A DNA stretch of 42,368 nt, taken from positions 1-42,368 of the forward strand of contig CAZIYQ010000001.1 in the NCBI GenBank assembly GCA_964543505.1, read 5' to 3'. Position 1 is the stretch's first letter, and every line of letters begins with the position of its first letter. The position numbers were made by a program, and so were the translations under genes. This document shows positions 1 through 7,513 of this stretch, piece by piece. Below the pieces are notes generated by a model. It searched no databases. It was not told where the DNA came from and was given only the letters and a program-made list of their open reading frames with translations. The DNA is from an uncultured bacterium (GTDB lineage: Bacteria > Fidelibacterota > Marinisomatia > SCGC-AAA003-L08 > JACNLC01).

Positions 1-969
1 CGCAATTTTTCCGGCGCCGGCACCCACAATCGTTACATCCCCCAGCAGATCTGTTTTAAAAGTAAGAGCATTGGTTGCCCCCATGATGCCCGCAAGAGGA
101 TGTGTCAGCGGTACCATCTCGGGACGGACAGAGGCCGAAACACCACTGTCGGTTTTCTCAACCGAGCCAATCAGTTTCCAGCGGGCATTCCGGGACTGTG
201 CCCTGACAATGTCCTCTGGCGTTAAGTTAGTAATGCCCTTGCAACTCACGTCTTCAAGGGCGAGACTCTCTCCCATGACCACATTGGCCAGAATGGTAAC
301 TTTGGCCCTGGCGTCATAACCCTCCACATCGCCGGTTGGATCGGCTTCGGCATAACCCAGGGATTGTGCTTTTTGCAAAGCGGACTGATAGTCGGAACCC
401 TGCTCCATTTCCGACAGCATGAAATTGGTGGTTCCGTTCAGAACACCTTTGACCGCAGAAATGGAACATCCGGCCAGGGGACCATCCGCTAAATTCAATA
501 CCGGTGTGCCACTCATCACGGTGCCTTCGATCTGGAAGCACACATGGTGCTGCCGGGCAAGACGGTTCATTTCGACATAAGCGAGGGCGGCGGGACCTTT
601 ATTGCTGGTGACGATGTGCTTACCCGCAGCAAAAGCCTCTTTACAATGGCTGATGGCCGGTTCCCCGGTTTTCAGATTGGTAAAAGCCAGTTCGCAGACC
701 ACATCTGCATTCGAGCTGCGGATCATTTCCAGCGTATCCCACTCACAAACAGCGGTAATAAATTTCTGACCCAAGCGGCATTCAGCCAGCAGGGTGTCCA
801 CATCGAGACCTCCTGGATTAAAGATGGTGCCAAAACGGGGGTCACTCACGGCGACCACGGCATAGTCATAATTGAATTTCCGCTGAAGTTCGGTTTTCTT
901 GCGCGAGAGGATCTCACAGAGACCCTGCCCCACAGTTCCGAACCCCACAATGGCGATTTTTTGTGTCAT
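1..969 (-). CDS. hom: Homoserine dehydrogenase (C-terminal end cut by window edge)
   Basis: Absent from the supplied ORF track because it runs off the window. Manual translation from the ATG at 969..967 stays open to position 1 (323 codons). Motifs: MTQKIAIVGFGTVGQG (NAD-binding GxGxxG), VTSNKGP, LNGTTNFML, LGYAEADPTGDVEGYDARAKV. Starts 14 bp after the stop of the upstream metY-like gene. Confidence 0.88.
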   Translation of the reverse strand, partial: MTQKIAIVGFGTVGQGLCEILSRKKTELQRKFNYDYAVVAVSDPRFGTIFNPGGLDVDTLLAECRLGQKFITAVCEWDTLEMIRSSNADVVCELAFTNLKTGEPAISHCKEAFAAGKHIVTSNKGPAALAYVEMNRLARQHHVCFQIEGTVMSGTPVLNLADGPLAGCSISAVKGVLNGTTNFMLSEMEQGSDYQSALQKAQSLGYAEADPTGDVEGYDARAKVTILANVVMGESLALEDVSCKGITNLTPEDIVRAQSRNARWKLIGSVEKTDSGVSASVRPEMVPLTHPLAGIMGATNALTFKTDLLGDVTIVGAGAGKIA

Positions 970-983
970 AAATTTTTCTCCTG

Positions 984-2357
984 TTAAATATGGTTCAAAG
1001 CCTGGTCCAGATCAGCGATGATATCTTCGGGACTTTCGAGGCCCACCGATAAGCGCACCGTGCTGGGCTTTACCGCAGCCAGTTTTCGGCCTTCTTCACC
1101 CTGCTGCAGGTGAGTGGAAATTGCATTCAGGGTGGCAACGGTTTTGACCCGGCCCAGATCTGTAGCCCTCCAGATCATGTTCAAAGCATCATAAAATTTG
1201 CGTGTATTGACCGAGCTCCCTTCACCCTGTTCTTTAATTTCAAAGGCCATCAGATAACCAAAGGCATTATCATCTGTGTCAGCCAGTTTCATATATTTTT
1301 TAGCCAGATCATGTGCATGATAGGATGTGAGTCCCGGATAGTGAACCCGGGCAACTTTGGGATGTTCTTCAAGCCATCGGGCAACGGTCAAAGCCGTAAG
1401 GCTCATGACACCGGCGCGTAACCGCAGGCTGCGCATGTCGTTCAGGGTGAGAAAAGCCCCCATGGGATGCAATGCAGGACCATTGTCCCTGAACGGCCAA
1501 AGTTTCACCCAGGTGGCAAAGTCTGCTTTCATCTCGTCGGGTCCAACCCGGCTGGGGAGGTCTTTTTTAGAGACCAGCAAGCCTACGATGGAAGTCCCCG
1601 AGGTTGCAATGAGCTTGGTGGCGGACTGGACCACAATATCTGCCCCATGGGCCAGGGGACGAGTCAGGGCCGGTGAAGCACAGGTGGCATCTACAATCAA
1701 AGGTATGCCGACAGAGTGGGCCAATTTAGCGACAGCCTCAATATCGAAAATATCCACGGAAGGGTTAGATGGGAATTCGCTATAAAGGAAACGGGTTCCG
1801 CCATCAATTTTGGAATTCCAGTCCTCAATGTCAGAGGGAGCGGTGACCCAGCGGACCTCAAAGCCCTGCTCCAGGTGTCGTCTCTCCCAAAACTGCTGGA
1901 AAGCGCCACCGTAAATTTTTGCTGAAACAACCAGATTGGGCGGTGGCAGGGAATCTTCCTTAATCAGAAAGGGGTCGGTTGCTGTCCTGATAGCACTCAT
2001 CCCGCTGGAGGTTGCCAGACCGGATGTTTCGAGATCCGTTCCGTAGCCTTCGAGCAGGGCGATGGTTTCTTCCAGAAAATAAAGGGTTGGGTTTGCAATG
2101 CGGGTGTAACACCAGGTGGGCATCTGGTAGGAAAGCCCCGCCTCCATCTCGGCACTGTTGCGATAGGCCTGTGCGGTTGAAAGATAGATGGGCTCCATAA
2201 TTGAACCGCTATGCGATTCGTGGGCCGCCGTAGCATCATATAAGCCGTGCACGGCAATGGTATCGAATTTCCAGTTTCGGGTTCTGCGGATGCGCCTCTG
2301 ACGGTCTTCTGTCATGCGCCGACCTTCCCCGATCCAGTATTGTAAATCTTTATTCAT
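984..2357 (-). CDS. metY: Cys/Met-metabolism PLP-dependent enzyme, O-acetylhomoserine sulfhydrylase-like
   Basis: 457-aa ORF. The PLP-lysine motif SATKLIATSGTS aligns with the SxTKxxxGHG region of MetY/MetB-family enzymes. FDTIAVHG lies near the N-terminus and the gene sits directly upstream of hom. GGAG is 4 nt before the ATG. The Arg-rich N-terminal 30 aa are unusual, so an alternative start at M15 (2315) is possible. Confidence 0.7.
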   Translation of the reverse strand: MNKDLQYWIGEGRRMTEDRQRRIRRTRNWKFDTIAVHGLYDATAAHESHSGSIMEPIYLSTAQAYRNSAEMEAGLSYQMPTWCYTRIANPTLYFLEETIALLEGYGTDLETSGLATSSGMSAIRTATDPFLIKEDSLPPPNLVVSAKIYGGAFQQFWERRHLEQGFEVRWVTAPSDIEDWNSKIDGGTRFLYSEFPSNPSVDIFDIEAVAKLAHSVGIPLIVDATCASPALTRPLAHGADIVVQSATKLIATSGTSIVGLLVSKKDLPSRVGPDEMKADFATWVKLWPFRDNGPALHPMGAFLTLNDMRSLRLRAGVMSLTALTVARWLEEHPKVARVHYPGLTSYHAHDLAKKYMKLADTDDNAFGYLMAFEIKEQGEGSSVNTRKFYDALNMIWRATDLGRVKTVATLNAISTHLQQGEEGRKLAAVKPSTVRLSVGLESPEDIIADLDQALNHI

Positions 2358-2478
2358 AGCTCTCCAAATATTATAACTGTTTCTTTGGCAGACAATGAAA
2401 TTTAATATTGTATTATTTGATAAAACATCAATTTTATTTTATAATAAGGCAATATCGCAAAATATTATCAAAAAGGGT

Positions 2479-2508
2479 AAAAGGAGCTCCCCGGTGGGAG
2501 CCCCTTTT
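2479..2508 (-). terminator. Rho-independent terminator after the 948-aa surface protein gene (symmetric, potentially bidirectional)
   Basis: AAAAGG-A-GCTCCC-CGGT-GGGAGC-C-CCTTTT. The 6-bp GC stem (2486-2491 / 2496-2501) is extended by AAAAGG/CCTTTT, giving an A-run on one side and a T-run on the other. It lies 29 bp after the stop at 2537. Confidence 0.7.
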
Positions 2509-2536
2509 ATTGTCCTCTGACTGGAGTAAGGAAGGA

Positions 2537-5383
2537 TTATTTTACGAGGAACAATTTTTGAGTGACAGACTGATTCCCTACCGTGATACGGGAGAAATAG
2601 ACTCCACTCGAGTAGTGTTCTGCGTTCCACACCACGTGGTAATTGCCTGACGGGGCAAATTCATTCACCAGAGTCTCGACCAATTGTCCCTCCATATTGT
2701 AGATTGCAACACTAACCTGACCGGGAGCGGTAAGCTCATAACCGATTGTGGTCAGCGGATTGAACGGATTGGGATAGGCTGCCACTTTCATCACATCTGG
2801 CTGGTCGTTGCTGAGTGCTGCTGCAACCTGATTCCCGGATGCATCCGCTACAAGTGCCGTTTCGATCTGTAAAGGGCCAATGTAATCAAAGAGGTTACCA
2901 TTTTTAAGAGCTGCTCCATCGAGGCTGACAATCAGGATAGTATCATCACCGGCATAGAGTTCACAGCCTTCGGGCAATGAGTCGCCTGTGATTTCGTAAT
3001 TCCCGGAAACTTTGAGCTGTAATCCGGCAGCATCACCGATGGTCGTCAATGACAGACTGTTATTGGCCATGGTCAGTTTTGCATTTTCAAGATCTGCCCG
3101 GGAAAGTCCCGAATCGAGAATATAGGAGATGATCATGACGATGTCGGTGACATCCAGAACCCCATCCCCATTAAAATCTGCCGCAGTCAGTTCATCATCA
3201 GTGGGTTCGGCATTTCCAACGATGAAACCGATGGTCGTGACCACATCCACAATGTCAACCGTACCGCTACCGTCCACATCGCCGGGAACGGAGGGTGCAC
3301 CGGTGATTGGACTGTAGCAAATATCATCGAGCCAGAGCTCCTGTCCGCCCACTTTAAACTGATGGATGACATCAAGATTCTGTGTCAGGTAGAGCACACC
3401 GTCGTCGTCGCCAAACCCGTTGGTGACGGCAACATCCACCCCGCCAACCGTTAAACCGTCCAGGGCGACAAAGTCATCGACGTTGCGGAAATCACCGTTG
3501 ATCTCGAAATTAAGGTTGCCGCCGTATTCTCCGAACAATACTTCCATGTATTGTACATCAACTCCAAAATCCAGGTCAACGGATATATTATTAACCATGA
3601 TCTCAAGACCGGAACCATTGGCCATACCGCCATTTTGGATCACGGTCTGTCCATCGTAGTTGAGGGTCCCGTCAGCGTATTCAAAAGCACCGCAAGTAAC
3701 GGCAACCGAATAGGTGTTGAAAACATCGCCGAAGATATTAGTGTCACCCAGGTATTGATCTTCCCAGTCTGTGGCCAATTCATCACATTCCATACCGGGA
3801 CAGGACATGGGTAGATCACTGCAGATATCATCGATCCAGAGTTCCTGTCCACCCAGCGTCAGGTGGTGGATGGTATCGAGGTTGGCCACGAGGGTCAGCA
3901 CACCGTAATCGTCGCCATACCCGTTTGTCACGGAGACATCCACACCACCGATCATCAATCCGTTGACAGCCACGAAGTCATCAAAATTACGGAAATCCCC
4001 GTTGATCTCAAGATTCAGATTGCCACCGTATTCACCGAACAGGATTTCCATATAGCCAACATCAGCTCCCAAGTCCAGGTTCAAGTTAATATTATTGAGC
4101 ATGATCTCGTGTCCCCAGCCATTGGCCATACCGGCGTTTCCAAAAAGGGTATTACCGGAGGCGTAGGGTGTTCCATCAGACCAGATAAAATCCAGGCAGC
4201 TTGCCGTCACCATTCCCGAAGTGAACACGTCACCCACATAATGGGAAGTACCGACAAAGGAGTCTTCCCATTCCGTTGCGATAGATTCACAGCCGCCGGG
4301 TGCTGGCAGGGTCGTCAATTCATCATAGCAAATGTCATCGATCCAGAGTTCTTGTCCGCCGATGGTGAGATGTGAAATAGAATCCGTGTTTGCGCTCAGT
4401 GCCAGGACCCCGTAATCATCGCCGTAGCCGTTTGTAACAAAAACATCCACACCACCGATTGTCAGTCCGTTGATGGCAACGAAGTCATCGAAATTATGAA
4501 AATCTCCATTGATCTCCAGATTCAAATTGCCGCCGTATTCACCGAACAATATTTCCATGTATCCCACCGTTCCGCCCAGATCGAGATTCAGGTTGATATT
4601 GTTGACCTGCATCTCCAATCCGCTGCCGCCGGCCAACCCGGAATTACCCACTTGGGTATAGCCGCCGGATGTTGGCGTACCGTCACTCCAGATGAAATCC
4701 TGTCCCGCTACCGTGACAAGTTCCGATGTGAAGACATCGCCCACATAATAGCTGTTCCCGAGGGTCATATCTTCCCAGTCAGTGGCGATGGTTTCGCAAT
4801 CACCAACGGGAGGAAGGGATCCATCTCCGGATTCGTGATAACAGATGTCATCGATACTGAATTGCTGGCCTCCAATGATAAACTGGTCAATGGTGCTAAC
4901 GGATGAATCCAGGATCAGTGTACCAAAACTGCCCGCGACTCCACCAACCAGAGTAACTGTAACCCCTCCTATTACCATTCCGTCGATAGTCGCCATGTCA
5001 TCAATATTGTGATGGTCTCCATTGATGGAAATGTTGATGTTTCCACCATAATCCCCGAAGAGCATTTCCATATGATCTGGGGCGATGCCAATTTCCAAGT
5101 CCAGATTGATGTTATTTACGATCATAAAATACCCACTGCCATTGGCCATACCGTTTTCACCCACCGTAGTAGAGCCAATATTGTAGGGACTGCCGTCAAT
5201 CAGGTAAAAAGTGTGAGTGCTTACGTTGACGCCATAAGTAGAAAAATTACTCCCGACTGAGTAAGATGCGTCCAGCGTCATGTCTTCCCAGTCTGTTGCA
5301 AATTCATCACAGGCGGGTCTGTCCACTGCAAAAACAGCAGCTACACAAATTAGTAATATGATCATTGTTTTGATTGTCTTCAT
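2537..5383 (-). CDS. Exported repeat protein: signal peptide, 4 tandem unknown-function domains, dockerin-like module, T9SS C-terminal sorting domain
   Basis: 948-aa ORF with signal peptide MKTIKTMIILLICVAAVFAV. AAGGAG is 7 nt upstream of the ATG. The domain structure is listed in the separate features below. Confidence 0.85.
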   Translation of the reverse strand: MKTIKTMIILLICVAAVFAVDRPACDEFATDWEDMTLDASYSVGSNFSTYGVNVSTHTFYLIDGSPYNIGSTTVGENGMANGSGYFMIVNNINLDLEIGIAPDHMEMLFGDYGGNINISINGDHHNIDDMATIDGMVIGGVTVTLVGGVAGSFGTLILDSSVSTIDQFIIGGQQFSIDDICYHESGDGSLPPVGDCETIATDWEDMTLGNSYYVGDVFTSELVTVAGQDFIWSDGTPTSGGYTQVGNSGLAGGSGLEMQVNNINLNLDLGGTVGYMEILFGEYGGNLNLEINGDFHNFDDFVAINGLTIGGVDVFVTNGYGDDYGVLALSANTDSISHLTIGGQELWIDDICYDELTTLPAPGGCESIATEWEDSFVGTSHYVGDVFTSGMVTASCLDFIWSDGTPYASGNTLFGNAGMANGWGHEIMLNNINLNLDLGADVGYMEILFGEYGGNLNLEINGDFRNFDDFVAVNGLMIGGVDVSVTNGYGDDYGVLTLVANLDTIHHLTLGGQELWIDDICSDLPMSCPGMECDELATDWEDQYLGDTNIFGDVFNTYSVAVTCGAFEYADGTLNYDGQTVIQNGGMANGSGLEIMVNNISVDLDFGVDVQYMEVLFGEYGGNLNFEINGDFRNVDDFVALDGLTVGGVDVAVTNGFGDDDGVLYLTQNLDVIHQFKVGGQELWLDDICYSPITGAPSVPGDVDGSGTVDIVDVVTTIGFIVGNAEPTDDELTAADFNGDGVLDVTDIVMIISYILDSGLSRADLENAKLTMANNSLSLTTIGDAAGLQLKVSGNYEITGDSLPEGCELYAGDDTILIVSLDGAALKNGNLFDYIGPLQIETALVADASGNQVAAALSNDQPDVMKVAAYPNPFNPLTTIGYELTAPGQVSVAIYNMEGQLVETLVNEFAPSGNYHVVWNAEHYSSGVYFSRITVGNQSVTQKLFLVK
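2540..2776 (-). other. T9SS (Por) C-terminal sorting domain
   Basis: YPNPFNPLTTIGYEL...VSVAIYNMEGQLVETLV...GNYHVVWNAEHYSSGVYFSRITVGNQSVTQKLFLVK matches the PNPF / IY...G / GVYF / K..L.K pattern of Por secretion tails. Confidence 0.75.
3113..3283 (-). other. Dockerin type I-like double Ca-binding module (aa 701-757 of the 948-aa protein)
   Basis: GDVDGSGTVDIVDVVTTIGFIV ... ADFNGDGVLDVTDIVMIISYIL: two EF-hand-like D.D..G...I.D loops, each followed by a helix. Confidence 0.7.
3311..5311 (-). repeat. Four tandem ~160-aa protein-domain repeats inside the 948-aa CDS
   Basis: R1 is aa 25-184 (nt 4832-5311), R2 aa 196-355 (4319-4798), R3 aa 365-523 (3815-4291) and R4 aa 533-691 (3311-3787). Each starts C[DE]x[FIL]AT[DE]WED, contains MANGSG..NNINL.LD, LFGEYGGNLNLEINGDF.N.DDF and GG.DV.VTNG.GDD.GVL, and ends GGQELW[IL]DDIC. 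The 9-11 aa linkers are Pro/Gly-rich. The DNA copies look divergent at many third-codon positions, so this is not a recent duplication. Confidence 0.9.
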
Positions 5384-5842
5384 TTTATTTCTCCTTAGTT
5401 AACTTGATTTTATTTTTTCGCATTACTTCCAGTACGGACAATACAATTGCAAAGGGAAGACCAGAAGAACTCAACTTATTCGTGTATCAATAAATAACAA
5501 CCGCTTACAGGAAAGAATTAATTTCAAGCGTTGAGATACAGAGTTGATTTTGGAGTTCGTGACCCCAATTAAGGGTAGAGTTTCACTCCAATATTTGAAA
5601 CTCAACGTTACTTGTCAAAGCCAAATGATTCGGTGTTTAAAATCATGTTGACTGAAGGGTAGATCCATGTAGAAAATGTTCTAATGGTGGATGGCAGTGA
5701 GTTGAATGATAAAGTAAACAACCTGCGGCATGCATTTTGCCATAGTCATAGCAGGGTGAGAAATCAACTTATTAAAACTCACCAGGTATTGTAAATTTGT
5801 CAATTGATAACCTTCTGTTTTTTATCGAGTGGTGATACGAAA
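5384..5842. promoter_or_regulatory. Divergent control region between the repeat-protein gene and the AAA+/beta-helix/CHAT cassette
   Basis: 459 bp with no credible ORF. The pentamer TCAAC/GTTGA occurs 7 times (5471, 5530, 5543, 5602, 5647, 5701, 5764). There is an inverted repeat TTGGAGT (5550-5556) / ACTCCAA (5585-5591). A Bacteroidota-style -7 box TAnnTTTG (TAAATTTG, 5792-5799) lies 44 nt before the ATG at 5843. The exact promoters are not established. Confidence 0.4.
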
Positions 5843-7501
5843 ATGAAAATATTTAAAGCGTTGGAATACACGGATGAGGGAAAAATCCCCAAGGTTAAAA
5901 CCCTTGAAATTCAACTTAGTAGCCAACTGGAGGGCATAAAACAGGAACTGGTCAAAGCTTCTGCGCTGGTTGTCCCCGAGTCTGTTGCCGACCAACTGTT
6001 GGAATTTCGTTCGGCGATTTTGGATCGAAAGACCAAGCATCCTGCAAAATCCTTGTCATCCCTGTTACTCGGATACGATAAAATCCCCTTCATCCGGGGA
6101 GGCTACAAAAACACCGGGCAGCTGAAACGGAGCATCAAAACGCTCCTTTCAAGGGCTGCGGAATTATCCGAAAAAAACCTCTATTTAATTGGAGTCTCGG
6201 ATGAATTGTTCGGGCAACTCTGGGAAAAAAGGAAAATTGCTCCGGCCAAACCGGACAGCGCCGGGGAGAGCCAAATACCACCGGAACTTATCCAGCGCTA
6301 TTTGGGGAAATCTAGGGAAATCACCAAAATTCGTGAGATGATCGTGCTGGCCGCCGGCAATGCGGAACCCGTATTGATTCTCGGAGAGACGGGCACCGGC
6401 AAGGAGATCATCGCACAATCTATTCACCGCTACAGCCGGCCGGGAAAACCCTTCCAGGCCATCAATTGTGGTGCTATTCCCGGGGAACTCCTTGAACTCA
6501 CCCTCTTCGGTTATATGAAAGGCTCTCACCATTTGGCTGTGATGGATACCAAAGGCCTCTGGGAGACCGCCGCTGACGGGACGCTTTTTCTCGACGAAAT
6601 CGGTGACCTGGCCCTGAATCATCAGGTTAAGATTTTGAGAGCCCTGCAGGAAGGAAAGATCCGGCGGATTGGCAGCAATACTGAGATCGAGGTTAAGGCA
6701 AGGGTCATCGCCGCAACCAACAAAAACCTCAGCCGTGAGATCCGAGAGAAAAATTTCAGGAAAGATCTGCTTTCAAGACTGGATGTCATCCGCATTGAGA
6801 GCTCCCCCCTTCGCAAGCATCCGGAGGATATCCCGCTCATCGCTCAGGTCCGCTGGCGCGAGATCACCGAAAATTCTCGGCCGCCTTTGTCTGATGAATT
6901 TCTGACAGCGCTCCGCAAATACCATTGGCCAGGAAATGTCCGTGAGCTTGAGAATGTGATTAAAAAATTGCATTATCTCAATCCTGGCTGCCGGCCGGTG
7001 AGAATTGAAAATCTGCAGGAGATTCTAAAAAACAGTGATCTCACTTACCGCCTTGAACAGCTTGCAAAAGAAGGCGCAAACGCATTCGAGATTAACCTGT
7101 GGATTGAATCCAGTACACGAGATTTTGCTCCCGACTCAAAACTGTTCAGTGTGGGAGATCCGATTCAGGTTTGTTTAAAGGCCGACAGAGACTGTCAACT
7201 ATTCCTGTTCGATCTGGGTACGACAGGAGATATTACTTTTATTCCGCCCAAACCGCAGTTGAACAACCACGTTCCTGCCAGAGAAGAGATCCGAATCCCC
7301 GGAGTTCTGAAAGGTACCGCCGGGAACGAGACTTTGTTTGCTTTTGCTTCATCAGCAGAACTTGAAATTGATCCCCGACACTGGTACTCTTCCGAAGAGG
7401 GTCTTCGAGATATCCTGGACATGATAGAGAAATATAATAAGCAGAACCAGGATAGCAGCATTGCCGTAAAATCACTTACATTCGAGATCATTGAAAAATA
7501 A
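5843..7501 (+). CDS. Atypical NtrC/sigma54-activator-type AAA+ ATPase with unknown N-domain and DUF4384-like C-domain (no GAFTGA, no HTH)
   Basis: The ORF opens at TTG 5804; the first ATG is 5843 (MKIFKALEY). Walker A is GETGTGKE (6383-6406), Walker B GTLFLDEIGDL, RVIAATNKNL follows, and sensor II is WPGNVRELENVI. At the GAFTGA position the sequence reads GSHHLA (6521-6538). The C-terminal ~135 aa (VGDPIQVCLKADRDCQLFLFDLGTTGDITFIPP...GNETLFAFAS) resemble DUF4384 rather than a Fis-type HTH. Confidence 0.8.
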   Translation: MKIFKALEYTDEGKIPKVKTLEIQLSSQLEGIKQELVKASALVVPESVADQLLEFRSAILDRKTKHPAKSLSSLLLGYDKIPFIRGGYKNTGQLKRSIKTLLSRAAELSEKNLYLIGVSDELFGQLWEKRKIAPAKPDSAGESQIPPELIQRYLGKSREITKIREMIVLAAGNAEPVLILGETGTGKEIIAQSIHRYSRPGKPFQAINCGAIPGELLELTLFGYMKGSHHLAVMDTKGLWETAADGTLFLDEIGDLALNHQVKILRALQEGKIRRIGSNTEIEVKARVIAATNKNLSREIREKNFRKDLLSRLDVIRIESSPLRKHPEDIPLIAQVRWREITENSRPPLSDEFLTALRKYHWPGNVRELENVIKKLHYLNPGCRPVRIENLQEILKNSDLTYRLEQLAKEGANAFEINLWIESSTRDFAPDSKLFSVGDPIQVCLKADRDCQLFLFDLGTTGDITFIPPKPQLNNHVPAREEIRIPGVLKGTAGNETLFAFASSAELEIDPRHWYSSEEGLRDILDMIEKYNKQNQDSSIAVKSLTFEIIEK

Positions 7502-7513
7502 CCAGGGGAGACC

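Noticed and set aside
544-987. 147-aa plus-strand ORF at the left edge
   Set aside because: It is antisense to the homoserine dehydrogenase frame, which has canonical motifs over 323 codons. It also bridges the hom/metY junction, which a real gene would not do.
2358-2478. Possible SAM riboswitch or leader upstream of the metY-like/hom operon
   Set aside because: The roughly 120-nt leader is extremely AT-rich, with no GC-rich paired elements or recognisable SAM-I/II/IV core. It more likely holds just a promoter; a TATAAT lies about 12 nt upstream of the ATG, just 5' of the RBS.
3420-5260. Series of 60-170-aa ORFs on both strands (e.g. 3863-4375, 4496-4906, 5009-5260) with a periodic appearance
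   Set aside because: All are inside the 948-aa repeat-protein gene. Their periodicity simply mirrors the four tandem coding repeats on the minus strand.
5727-5742. Sigma54-like -24/-12 element on the minus strand (TGGCAAAATGCATGCC: GG and GC at the canonical spacing) pointing towards the repeat-protein gene
   Set aside because: It is only a partial match (TGC instead of TTGC, no conserved C at -22..). It lies about 345 nt from the start codon, and the neighbouring AAA+ protein lacks the GAFTGA loop needed to activate sigma54. It is kept only as a note inside the intergenic-region finding.
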